Source of the DNA: Cetorhinus maximus
Lineage: Eukaryota
Assembly: GCF_964194155.1 (NCBI RefSeq)
Contig: NC_135909.1
Span: 3,237,118-3,288,000 of the forward strand
DNA length: 50,883 bases
Direction: 5' to 3'
In this document: one piece after another, positions 10,858 through 21,385 of the stretch
Layout of the letters: the number at the start of each line of letters is the position of its first letter
Numbering within the stretch: position 1 is the first letter of the stretch
Translations under genes and position numbers: made by a program
The notes under the pieces: model-generated
Told to the model about the DNA's origin: nothing
Database searches by the model: none
What the model saw: the letters and a program-made list of their open reading frames with translations, nothing else

Positions 10858-12815
10858 ACGGTGAGCAGAAATTACTGAAAGGCAGTCTGGGTGGGAGCGA
10901 TCAGTGCGCCGTGCAGAAGGGGTCCACACGAGCCCTTGGCCTACATGCCGATGAGACTGCAGTAGAGGAGGCGATTGCCGACTGCCCCAGCCCCTGTGAC
11001 AGGGACTCCGGCGAGGAATCAGCGGCAGACACTCCAGGCTCAAGTGACGGGGCCACTGTGGAGGACCCGGCAGCCGATTCCACTGGGGACACGGGTGAGG
11101 AGTCAGCAGCCGATTCCACTGGGGAGGAGTCAGCAACTGATTCCAAAGGCCCAAATGACAGTGGAGAGGAGTCGGCAGCAGATTCCACAGGACCAAGTGA
11201 TGGGGACACTGTAGAGGAGGCAGCAGCGGACAGCCCTGGCCCCTGTGATGGGGACACTATGGAGGAGGCAGCAGCGGACAGCCCTGGCCCCTGCGATGGG
11301 GACACTGTAGAGGAAGCAGCAGCGGACAGCCCTGGCCCCTGTGATGGGGACACTATGGAGGAGGCAGCAGCGGACAGCCCTGGCCCCTGTGATGGGGACA
11401 CTGTAGAGGAAGCAGCAGCGGACAGCCCTGGCCCCTGCGATGGGGTGTCTGTCGATGAGGCAGCAGCGGACAGCCCTGGCCCCTGTGATGGGGACACTGT
11501 CGATGAGGCAGCAGCGGACAGCCCTGGCCCCTGTGATGGGGACACTATGGATGAGGCAGCAGCGGACAGCCCTGGCCCCTGTGATGGGGACACTGTCGAT
11601 GAGGCAGCAGCGGACAGCCCTGGCCCCTGTGATGGGGACACTGTCGATGAGGTAGCAGCGGACAGCCCTGGCCCCTGTGATGGGGACACTGTAGAGGAAG
11701 CAGCAGTGGACAGCCCTGGCCCCTGTGATGGGGACACTGTCGATGAGGCAGCAGCGGACAGCCCTGGCCCCTGTGATGGGGACACTGTCGATGAGGCAGC
11801 AGCGGACAGCCCTGGCCCCTGTGATGGGGACACCGTCGATGAGGCAGCAGTGGACAGCCCTGGCCCCTGTGATGGGGACACTGTCAATGAGGCAGCAGCG
11901 GACAGCCCTGGCCCCTGTGATGGGGATACTGTAGAGGAAGCAGCAGCTGATTCCACTGGCCAAAGTGTTGGGGACATGAGGGAGGAAGCTGCTGCACGCA
12001 GTCCTGGCCATTGTGATATGGATACCGTAGAGGAGGCAGCTGCTGATAGCCTTGGTCTGTGTGATATGGACACCGTAGAGGAGGCGGCTGCTGGTAGCCC
12101 TGGCCCCTGTGATACAGACACTGTGGAGAAGACGGCTGCTGGTAGCCCTGGCCCCTGTGATACAGACACTGGAGAGGTGACGGCTGCTGGTAGCCCTGGC
12201 CCCTGTGCTACAGACACTGTAGAGGAGATGGCTGCTTGTAGTCCTGGTCTGTGTGATGATACTGTGGACAGTCCCAGCCCATGTGACCGTAATGAAGTAG
12301 AGAAGTCAGCTGCTGAAAGTCCAAGTCCGTCGGGTGTTCAGAGCACAGCAGGAGAACTATCTGGAAGTCTTAACCCGCCTTCTGATCAGGACAATGTGCC
12401 AGAGGTGGAAATGGGTGGGCCGAGCATTGACAAGGATACTGCGGAAGAATCAGCTAATGAGTGCACTAGCCTGGGTGCTGGTGGTCAGGACACTGTAGGT
12501 GAGCTAGCTGCCGATTCTTCCTGTAGTACGATGGTGCAGGAGGGAGTGCCACAGCTCCCAGAGAGCTCCAATGGGCCAGAGCATGTGGTAGACAAAGCAC
12601 TGGCCAACTCTGATTGTGTGGGCTACACAACAACAGAGGGCACCGCTGCTGGCCTGGATGAGTATGGGCAGGGCAGCAGTGAGTACGGGGCCTTGGAGGC
12701 CGAGGGCAGCATCCCGCCGTACCCAGCGGACTTTGAGAAATACTGGAAGATAGTGGAGGATAATCCGTACGATTTCACTGGATGGACATACGTCTTGCAG
12801 TACGTGGAACAAGAG
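10858..12815 (+). CDS. PRPF39: PRPF39-like exon 2: giant acidic tandem-repeat region followed by the first HAT repeat
   Basis: Acceptor ctctcttttgtttgcag and a 1958-nt open frame ending PADFEKYWKIVEDNPYDFTGWTYVLQYVEQE|gtgagg, matching the end of human PRPF39 exon 2. Confidence 0.9.
11199..12260 (+). repeat. Coding minisatellite, 48-nt unit (16 aa): 15 near-identical copies at 11199-11918 plus about 7 diverged copies
   Basis: Unit gatggggacactgtcgatgaggcagcagcggacagccctggcccctgt, counted directly. Confidence 0.97.
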
Positions 12816-13999
12816 GTGAGGAGATTGTAACGTGGGCATTGGCTGGGCTGGTTGTACCTCCTTGTATCACTGCTGTATCTCTTCCTGTTCACCTCGTAGT
12901 ACAGTGTGTCCCTACCTACTTGTCCTCCCTAATCCAGTGCCAATCTGTATCCCTGCCTGTTTGTAGAGACCACTGGGACAGCAAGTGGACTCCTTCTGTA
13001 GGTTTTTTTCCCTAGTTTGGGATGCTTTGAGAGCGTAACACTGTCCGTGCGCCAAAGGGGGTTTGAAAGCGAAAGGGTGTCTGACCTCGGAATAACCGGA
13101 CTATGAGCAGGAATAGGAGAACGTTGCTTGGGTTGTGACTGCTGGCCTGTTCAGAGTTTTGAGGCACTTGAAGCAGGATGTGGGGGTGGGGGTGGTAGCA
13201 TTTCAGCAGCTGGTGCAGGTGAAGGTGTCAGCAGCTGAATATCAGGCACAGAGGGGGCCAAGGATTCAAAGAACCCCAGAGTTGGAGAAGAGGGCTGCGG
13301 AGAGTAGACTGCAAGAGGATTTTTTTTTTTAAAGTAGCGTTCAGGGAGGGTGAGAGCCAGTGAAAGGTGGGGGATGGCACTTCACGCAGTACAGAATAAG
13401 GCTGGTGGCATTTGAAGGTTCTGAAAGACAGGAATCTGGAGGCCGACAAGGAAAGAATGGAGTAGTTTGACTCTGGGCGTGACGAAGGCAGCCTAAACAT
13501 CACTGGGGCTGAAATGGAGCTGATGGGGTGAGGTGGAAGTAGGTGGAGGATGTGGGGGTATTATCTCCGCTCTGAGCGAGGTTGGACTCGGATTGGTTGA
13601 GCAGCCAGCCAGGGAGGGAGGGCGCCGAGGCGTGGCGTGTTTGGCGGAGACCCAGGAAGACGAGGGGGGAAGCTCCGAGGTTACAGTTAACACAAGATGC
13701 CTTTGACCAAATGCAGAGCTTGGGGTGGGGTCAGGGCTGGGCAGGAGCCTGATAGGGTGGGAGGGAGGCCCTGTGGCTTGGGTTGAGGAGTGTGTGTGGT
13801 GGGTGGGGGTAGGGTGGTGTGGAACATACAGCTGGCTGGGTGGGTAAGGCTAGAGGAAACATGGAGATGTGTTGGAGAGAAGAATCCCTTTGATCATCCA
13901 ACCTGATGGGGTGGGAGGGGCTGGTAGACCCTTGTGCTGGACTTTGTGGCAGGTGATTAGCTGGGTGAGGGGGTGGAAGAGCATGTACTAGCGCTTTTG

Positions 14000-14240
14000 T
14001 GCCAGTCAGTAGGTTGCGGGTTCGAGACCAACACCAGAGACTTGAGCATGCAGTCTAGACTTGACACTCCCAGTGCCAGCACTGAGGGAGTGCTGCACTG
14101 TCAGAGGTGCTGCCTTTCAGATGAGACATCAAACTGAGACCTTCTCCAGTGAGATCCTATAATTCTATTTTGAAGAGGGGCAGGGGAGTTCTCCACAGGT
14201 GTCCTGGCCAATATTTCTAACTCAGCTAACATCACTAACT
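14000..14240 (+). mobile_element. Deu-domain SINE
   Basis: tRNA-like head (gggttcgagacc) followed by actgagggagtgctgcactgtcagaggtgc...gtgtcctggccaatatt. Confidence 0.65.
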
Positions 14241-14806
14241 GCTAGTTCTGTCTGTCTACACATTTTGGTTTAATGTTTGTAAGTTTCCTTTAAATTTAGT
14301 CTTTTGTTTTTGCAGTTTCCCTTTAAGCGGCTCCCTTTTAATTTGTCCCTTGATTTGTTAATTTAGTTTATTTGTTTTGACTCGAGAGTTACAGCCCACT
14401 CACCCTGCCCCTCCGTCCCTGTGCCAAGCCCAGCTTTCAGGAAAGTTGCAGCGTAACTGGCACCTGTGATTTCCCCCCCACCCCCCATGCCCTCCTCACT
14501 GAGCCCTGTGCCTTGGGCACCAGGAACAGTGGTCCTGTTCTGCAGCCCCACTATAAGGGCCTTCCTGGCAGTTTGACTATCTCTCCTTCCCTTGCCTGCT
14601 TCAGCTGCTGAGCAAGAAAAGGAGGGGTGACCATATCGAGTGTTCCGGCGAGGGGGCAGGTGGGCATCTGAGGGTGGTAGTATACCCGAGCACCCGGACC
14701 GGCAGGATTGGCAGTGTGGTGAGGAAGCACGTGGCATGGGGAAGTGTTTCTCTGGGCACGTTGTAGATGCTGGGCTGCTCTGTTGTTAATTCTAGTCTCC
14801 TTTCAG

Positions 14807-14932
14807 AATCACATCTGGGCCGTGCGGAAGGCGTTCGATGCATTCTTCGCCCGCTACCCCTACTGCTATGGCTACTGGAAGAAATACGCTGACATTGAAA
14901 AGCGTTTGGGGTTCACCAAAGAGGTTGAGGAG
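14807..14932 (+). CDS. PRPF39: PRPF39-like exon 3
   Basis: NHIWAVRKAFDAFFARYPYCYGYWKKYADIEKRLGFTKEVEE; AG/GT boundaries, 126 nt. Confidence 0.96.
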
Positions 14933-15255
14933 GTGAGGGGGGTGATGCTGGGAGTTTTGGGGCTTCTGTTTCCTTTCAGTTGTTTAAGCTGCTGACTAAA
15001 ACTACTGGTATACGGCTGACAGGTTGGTCAGATTACACCATGGTCGCTGGGCTACTTTTGACCACTGGTGCCAACTTGTGACAGAAAAATATTAGACCTT
15101 TGCCAATGAACTTTATGTGATTACGTTTGCGATTTTTATTTCTCTGCTTCTCAACATAGACACAACTGTGGACATTGTAGATGTCGACAGTGTGGAGGGA
15201 AGCCATTTGGCCCATGTGTGCCCAGCCGCTCACTTTCCCTTTTTCTCTTTGCCAC

Positions 15256-16610
15256 AAGAACAGAAGGAATAGGAGCAGTAGTAGACCACTCGGCCCATTC
15301 ACCGTGAGATACGATCATGGCTGACCTTGGGCTTCAACTCCATTTTCCCCGTCCGTCCCCCATATCCCTTCGTTCCCTGAGGGACCAAAAATCTGTCTGT
15401 CCCGCAGCCTTAAACGTATTCAACAATGGAGAATCCACAACCCTCTGGGGCAGAGAATTTCATAGGTTCACCACCTTTTTGAAGCATTTTCTCCTTGTCT
15501 CAGTCCTAAATGATCGGCCAGTTATCCTGAGACTGGGCCCCCCGCGTTTTAGATTCCCCGACCAGCGAAAACAATCTCTCAGCGTCCACCCAGTCACAAC
15601 CGCAAAAGAATTTTGTAGCTTTCGAAGAGATCGCCTCTCATTATGCTAAAATAGAGAATACAAGCCCAGTTTACTCAGCCTCTCATCTTAGGACAACCCC
15701 CTCATCCCGGTGAACCTTCACTCTACCGCCTCCAATGCGAGTATATCCTTTCTTAAATGTGGAGATCAAAACTGCGCACAGTATTTGCTGTGGTCTCACC
15801 AAAATCTTGTAAAACTCTAGCAAAATTTCTTTATTCTTGAACTCCAATCCACTTGCAACAGAGGCCAACAAGCCATTTGTCTTCCTAATGCAAACTTTCC
15901 ACATTCCTTCTACGAGCACACCCAAGTCTCTTTGGACATCAGCACTTAAAGTTTCACACTTATACAATATTCTGCTTTTCTATTCTTTTGACCAAAGTGA
16001 ATAACTTCACATTTGCCTACGTTATAATCAATCTGCCATCTTGTTGCCCACACACTTAACCTGTCTATATCTCTCTTGCGTCCTCCCCACAGCTTAATTT
16101 TCCACCAAGCTTTGTATCATCAGCAAACTTGAGTATTACTCTGTGTCTCTTCTCTAAGTCATTAATATAAATTGTAAATAGCTGAGGCCCCAGCACTGAT
16201 CCTTGCGGCACACCACTAGCCACTACCTGCCAGCTTGGAAAAGCCCTGTTTATGCCCACTCTCTGCTTTCTATCCATTAACAAATCCTCTATTCATGCTA
16301 AAATGTTACCCCCTCCCTTATCTTGCCTATTAACCTTTTGTGTGGCACCTTATCGAATGCCTTTTGGAAATCCAGGTATACTACATCTACTGGTTCCCCT
16401 TTATCTACCCTACTAGTTACATCCTCAAGAAACTCTGATAAATTTGTCAAACAGGATTTCCCCTTAGTGGAACCATGTTGACTTGTTCTAATCATACTAG
16501 AGTTTTCTAAGTGCATTGTTAAGACTTCCTTAGGAATAGATGCCAGCATTTTCCCAACGACTGATGTTAGGCTAGCTTGACTGTAGCTTGCTGTTTTCTC
16601 TCTCCCAGCT
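15256..16610 (-). mobile_element. Decayed CR1 LINE in intron 3
   Basis: Minus-strand RT motifs VDVVYLDFQKAFDKVPHKRL, SGVPQGSVLGPQLFTIYINDL and KFADDTKLGG. Confidence 0.9.
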
Positions 16611-16708
16611 TTCGGGAAAATAATGCTCTCTGCCAACCCTGTTAACTCCCCAGGTTAAGGCCCATCAGTGCAGGGAAATGGAGCTCTTTTATCATTGGTA
16701 CTAACTAT

Positions 16709-17113
16709 CCCATCAAACATTCCCAGGACAGCTACACCATGGGGTTACATACAGAGTAAAGCTCCCTCTACACTGTCCCCATCAAATACTCCTAGGGCAG
16801 GTACAGCACGAGGTTAGATACAGAGTAAAGCTCCCACTACACTGTCCCCATCAAACACTCCCAGGACAGGTACAGCACGAGGTTAGATACAGAGCAAAGC
16901 TCCCTCTACACTCTCCTCATTAAACACTCCCAGGACAGGTACAGCACGGGGTTAGATACAGAGTAAAGCTCCCACTACACTGTCCCCATCAAACACTCCC
17001 AGGGCAGGTACAGCACGAGGTTAGATACAGAGTAAAGCTCCCACTACACTGTCCCCATCAAACACTCCCAGGGCAGGTACAGCATGTGGTTAGATACAGA
17101 GTAAAGCTCCCTC
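16709..17113. repeat. 69-bp minisatellite, about 6 copies
   Basis: Unit tacactgtccccatcaaacactcccaggacaggtacagcacggggttagatacagagtaaagctccctc. The marker gagtaaagctcc recurs every 69 nt. Confidence 0.95.
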
Positions 17114-17214
17114 TATCTAAATAATGTGCTTAGCCCCCTTTTTTCACAAGCATCCCATTTGTCCCGTTTCTTACTGATGTGTTCTAACAGTTGCACTGTG
17201 TTTTTTTGCTGCAG

Positions 17215-17333
17215 GTTTACCAGCGAGGTCTCCAGTCCATCCCACTCAGTGTCGATCTGTGGGTTCATTACATCACTTACCTGCAGGAGGTCCTTGAGGC
17301 TACCAATCCTGAAACTCCTGCTAAACTTCGAAG
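17215..17333 (+). CDS. PRPF39: PRPF39-like exon 4
   Basis: VYQRGLQSIPLSVDLWVHYITYLQEVLEATNPETPAKLR; 119 nt; donor AG|GTAAG. Confidence 0.96.
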
Positions 17334-17740
17334 GTAAGCCTGAACTATCCAGCATTGGAATGGGCAGGCGTGGTGGAGTTTGAGCCCAGTGCCTGAGCCT
17401 CAGTCGCTGTTTGTTTTTTACCTTAAATTGGTGCTGTTTAATCTGCTCTCTGGAGCAAGATTTTGAGGAGGTCTCTGAACAGACTTGAACAGGATGGATT
17501 ATTGTGAAAGTGGGGTGGGGGAGGGATATAAGAACCCCACCTTGGCTGAGCAGCCAGTTCCTCAGGGGTGGAAAGATCAAGAGCCAGAGCACACAGATTG
17601 AAGATGATTAGCCAAAGACACAATAGCGGCATGTGGAAAATCCTTTTCAGGCAGTGAGTGGTTTGGATCTGGAATGCACTGCCTGAGAGTTGTACTGCCC
17701 ACAGCAATGTGGTTGACTCTTTATTGCTGTCTCTGCCCAC

Positions 17741-17807
17741 AGTGGTGTTGCGGAAGCATGCTGGGCCCGTAACCCAGAAATCAATGGATTGAAACCATCC
17801 TCTGCTA
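17741..17807 (+). pseudogene. Initiator tRNA-Met pseudogene (first 5 nt missing, anticodon CAT changed to CGT)
   Basis: 9 differences over 67 nt from vertebrate tRNA-iMet as recalled (…GCGGAAGCGTGCTGGGCCCATAACCCAGAGGTCGATGGATCGAAACCATCCTCTGCTA), several at CpGs. Confidence 0.9.
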
Positions 17808-17810
17808 TTT

Positions 17811-18450
17811 ATTCACCAGGATGTTGCCTGGACTGGAGCGTTTCGGCTATGAAGAGAGACTGGATAGGCTGGGATTGTTTTCCTTAGAGCAGCGAAGGCT
17901 GAGGGGGGACCTGATTGAGGTATACAAAATTATGAGGGCATAGACAGGAAGAAACTTTTTCCCCTTAGTGGAGGGATCAGTAACCAGGGGGCATAGATTT
18001 AAGGTAAGGGGCAGGAGGTTTAGAGGCGAGTTGAGGCAAAAAATAATTTTCACCCAGAGGGTGGGCAATATCTGGAGCTCTCTGCCTGAAAAGGTGGTAG
18101 AGGCAGGAACCCTCACAACATTTAAGAAGTATTTAGATGAACACCTGAAATGCCATAGCATACAAGGATATGGGCCAAGTGCTGGACAATGGGATTAGAG
18201 TAGATAGGGGCTTGACCAGCGCGGATACGATGGGCCGAAGGACCTCATTCCGTGCTGTTCAACTCTGACTCTGAGTGTGGTGGAGGCAGGTTCAATCGAG
18301 ACTTTCAAAAGAGGAATTGGGTATTTATCAGAAAGGGGGAGAAGTTGTAGGGCTATGGGAAAAAGGCCGGGTGAGCGGGACTAGACGAGTCGCTCTGGCA
18401 GAGAACCGGCGCTGACACAATGGGCTGAACGGCCGCCTTCTGTGGTATTA
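17811..18450 (+). mobile_element. CR1 LINE 3' ends (two adjacent fragments)
   Basis: Encodes ...RLGLFSLEQRRLRGDLIEVYKIM...TRGHRFK...FTQRV. Tail gatgggccgaagg. Confidence 0.85.
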
Positions 18451-19261
18451 CAATTGCGACCTACTCGCAGCATCGCAGAGAGGGAGAATGCAACGCTCCC
18501 TCAGTACTGGCACTGGGCGTGTTGGCCTAGGTTTTGTGCTGCAGCACCCAGGACAGGGCTCAAACCGACTCTGACGTGAGAGGAGAGTGTGAGCCCGTAA
18601 GTCACGGCTGGCACACCCATTGGGATTAGTGGGCAGGGAGGGGAACACTCCTCTCGCACGCTCAGTACTACTGTTTCTCAGCCACATTCCCTGTTTTACA
18701 GACTCGCACAGCCATGGGCTTGTTGCATCAGACTGGCAACAATGCAGGGTTGCATAGACCTGGCACTGCTAGATTGAAATTCATCCAGTGCCCAAGAAGA
18801 TTTGCACCATTTTAGTGCAGGAGTAAAGTGGATAATTTAATGGCCCAAACTGACTAACAGAAAATCTAACGGTGAATGCCGCCAGAGTTTTCTGTTTCTG
18901 ATTTGCAGCATCAGCAATATTTTTCTTGCCTCTTTTTGGGAGTTGTTAGTGATGGCTGTTTGACAATTATTCGATATAATTGGGAGCCAGTCCGGTCATG
19001 GTGAGAGTGCAGTTATTATTGGTGCCCGTGCTTGTTTGAACACTTAATGGACATGTAATTATTTAATCATTTTTCTGCCATTCATCTGTAGCCATAAAAT
19101 CTTAGACGTTAAGGTATGAATACATTGCCTCCCTACAAAACCCATGTTTTGGGGTGCAGCAGAGCGACATCAGCACCGACCAGTGCAGATGGCAATATGG
19201 CGTTGGCAGGAGGCACAGTGTTTGTATAATGCTCCTGATCGAGGTTGGTCTTTATTGGGCA

Positions 19262-19267
19262 CTCTCT

Positions 19268-19308
<41 letters not shown>
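19262..19308. repeat. (CT)n microsatellite
   Basis: Seen directly. Confidence 0.9.
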
Positions 19309-19310
<2 letters not shown>

Positions 19311-19384
19311 CTGTACTGCTCTCATCTGTTGATCTCTGCCATTGGGTTTCGCCTGACGAACAGTTCTTGTTTTTCTATTCGCAG

Positions 19385-19552
19385 TGTGTTTGAAATGGCG
19401 TTGGCTGCCGCCGGCACCGATTTCCGCTCTGACCGACTCTGGGACCTGTACGTGAACTGGGAGAAGGAGCAGGGGCAGCTGAAGGCCGTGACTGCCATTT
19501 ACGACCGGGTGCTGTCGATACCCACGCAACTCTACAGCCACCACTTTGAGAA
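19385..19552 (+). CDS. PRPF39: PRPF39-like exon 5
   Basis: VFEMALAAAGTDFRSDRLWDLYVNWEKEQGQLKAVTAIYDRVLSIPTQLYSHHFE; 168 nt, phase 2/2. Confidence 0.97.
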
Positions 19553-19763
19553 GTGAGTGAAGAAGGCGGCTTTGTACGGTTAACGTGTAAATGTTAGGAA
19601 ACGTTGTTCGCGGCTGACCCGGGAGGCCGGGTGGGTAAGGGCACCGTTCAGAGAAGAGTTAAAGCTGTGTTGAGTTTCTGGCGTGGTATCGCAAAGTATT
19701 TACAGCACAGCGACAGGGCATTCAGCTCAACTGATCCACGCACCGCACGGGCCCCCTCCTCAC

Positions 19764-20782
19764 TAGGGTTGCCAACCCTCCCGGAAAGGCTGGGGATCTA
19801 CCAGATACACCATCCATCTCCCAGTGGCTGAAAGCAATCTTGGAGATTTTAAAAGGATAATTCTGTGATTCCATTCTGTAATTCATAGCCCTCGGCCGCA
19901 GCCCAGTCACGAGCAGCGATGATTGTGTTCACAGCGGCCGCGCGGGCGCAGTCTGATGACATAGAACCTAACCGACGTGACCACACACGCATACCGTGCT
20001 CGTAGACTTCGTTGCTGTTGCCTGTTTTCCCTCCCCCCCACCCCAACCCCGTCAACGGTGTCTGACCTCGAGCTGACATTAACAGAGACAAAAAGAACTC
20101 AGGAGGTAAAGGAGCGAGCAGTTAAGCGAAGGGCAACTGTCTTGAGCTTTCAACTGCCCCTGCCTGGAAAATCCACAGCACTGGTTGCCAGCCTAGAAAG
20201 CCTTGCACACAGCTGAAGTCCCGCGGCGCGATGCCAGAGGGAGCGTGGCTGCCTGCTTTGTTGCTGTGCTAGGAAAAGTTGAATTGATTAAAAAAAGGCC
20301 TAATGAGGCCATTTCGCCTTAAGACAATGGAATCGACTGAACCAGCAACAAAACATTTGTTTTGTTGGAAAAATCTTTGACTCAGCAACTCGTCAGGCAT
20401 TAGGAATGTGGTGAAACGGTGGCGATCGAGGAGAAATCGTGACCTAGGCCCTGCTTAAAGCCTGGGCCTGTCCTGCGCCTGCATTCGCCATTAAGGTTCC
20501 AGCGTGTTACTTCAACCCCCAAAGAGAGAGTGGGCGGGCGTGCCGCCAATTTTTAACGCAGTGTTTTATTTGTTTTCTAATCTTGGGATCTTGAGCACAA
20601 CTCGTGTTGGGAGCCGGAATTTAACGTTTAAAAGGTGGCCAAGGGAAGCGGGCTGAGATGGGTTGGATGAGACGTTGGGTCCGGCGAAGAAATTCACCAG
20701 CTAGTGCCATGCTGCCGGCTTTCCATTGTGTCTCTTCTGCTGACGTCTCCTGAAATATGCCCAGCCAGAGTTGGCAACCCTA
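19764..20782. mobile_element. ~1-kb non-autonomous DNA transposon with perfect 13-bp TIRs (hAT-like)
   Basis: TAGGGTTGCCAAC (19764-19776) and GTTGGCAACCCTA (20770-20782). Flanks cctcctcac / cctcccat resemble a decayed 8-bp TSD. Confidence 0.6.
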
Positions 20783-21004
20783 CCTCCCATCCCCTCGCCT
20801 CGCCCCGTCAACATATCCTTCTATTCCGTTCTCCCTCGTGTGTTTATCCAGCTTCCCCCTTAAGTGCGTCCATACTGTTTACATCAACCACGCGCTGTGG
20901 GAGCGAGTTCCACATTCTCACCACCCACTGGGTAGTGAAGTTTCTCCTGAATTCCTGATTGGATTTACTAGTGACCATCTTATATTCCTCTGGGGAGTTG
21001 GTGG

Positions 21005-21385
21005 TGTACTGGTAATGGGCTAGTAACCTGGAGGCCCAGGCTAATGCTTTGGGGACAGGGGTTCAAATCCCACCACGGCAGCTGGTGGAATTTAATTTCA
21101 ATTAATAAATCTGGAATATAAATCTAGTCTCAGTGATTGTTTCATAGTCACCATCATCGATGGTTGTAAAGATCCATCTGGTTCACTAATGTCCCCTGTA
21201 GGGAAGGAAATCTGCTGTCCTTACCCGGTCTGGCCTACATGTGACTCCAGACCCCACAGCAATGTGGTTGACTCTTAACTGCCCCTCTGAAATGGCCGAG
21301 CAAGCCACTCAGTTCAAGGGCAATTAGGGATGGGCAACAAATGCTGGCCTTGCCAGTGACGCCCACATCCTGTGAATGAATTTTT
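21005..21385 (+). mobile_element. tRNA-derived SINE with LINE-shared tail
   Basis: B box ggttcaaatcc. Tail aagggcaattagggatgggcaacaaatgctggcc...cccacatcc...gaatgaat. Confidence 0.8.

Noticed and set aside
10901-12217. 438-aa and 293-aa minus-strand ORFs
   Set aside because: They are antisense shadows of the stop-free 48-nt repeat. Only the + frame connects to PRPF39 homology and splice sites.
10858-12530. Donor-like GTGAGC 3 nt into exon 2 and internal acceptors (12389, 12526) that might splice out the repeat
   Set aside because: The phases (1 versus 0 and 2) do not restore the frame. I found no in-frame combination by eye, so RNA data are needed.
13000-13950. Possible ancient retroelement or exon in intron 2
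   Set aside because: No recognisable protein motif or consistent splice pair was found.
17741-17807. Functional tRNA-Thr(CGT)
   Set aside because: The body is tRNA-iMet, the 5' strand of the acceptor stem is missing and the A/B boxes are mutated.
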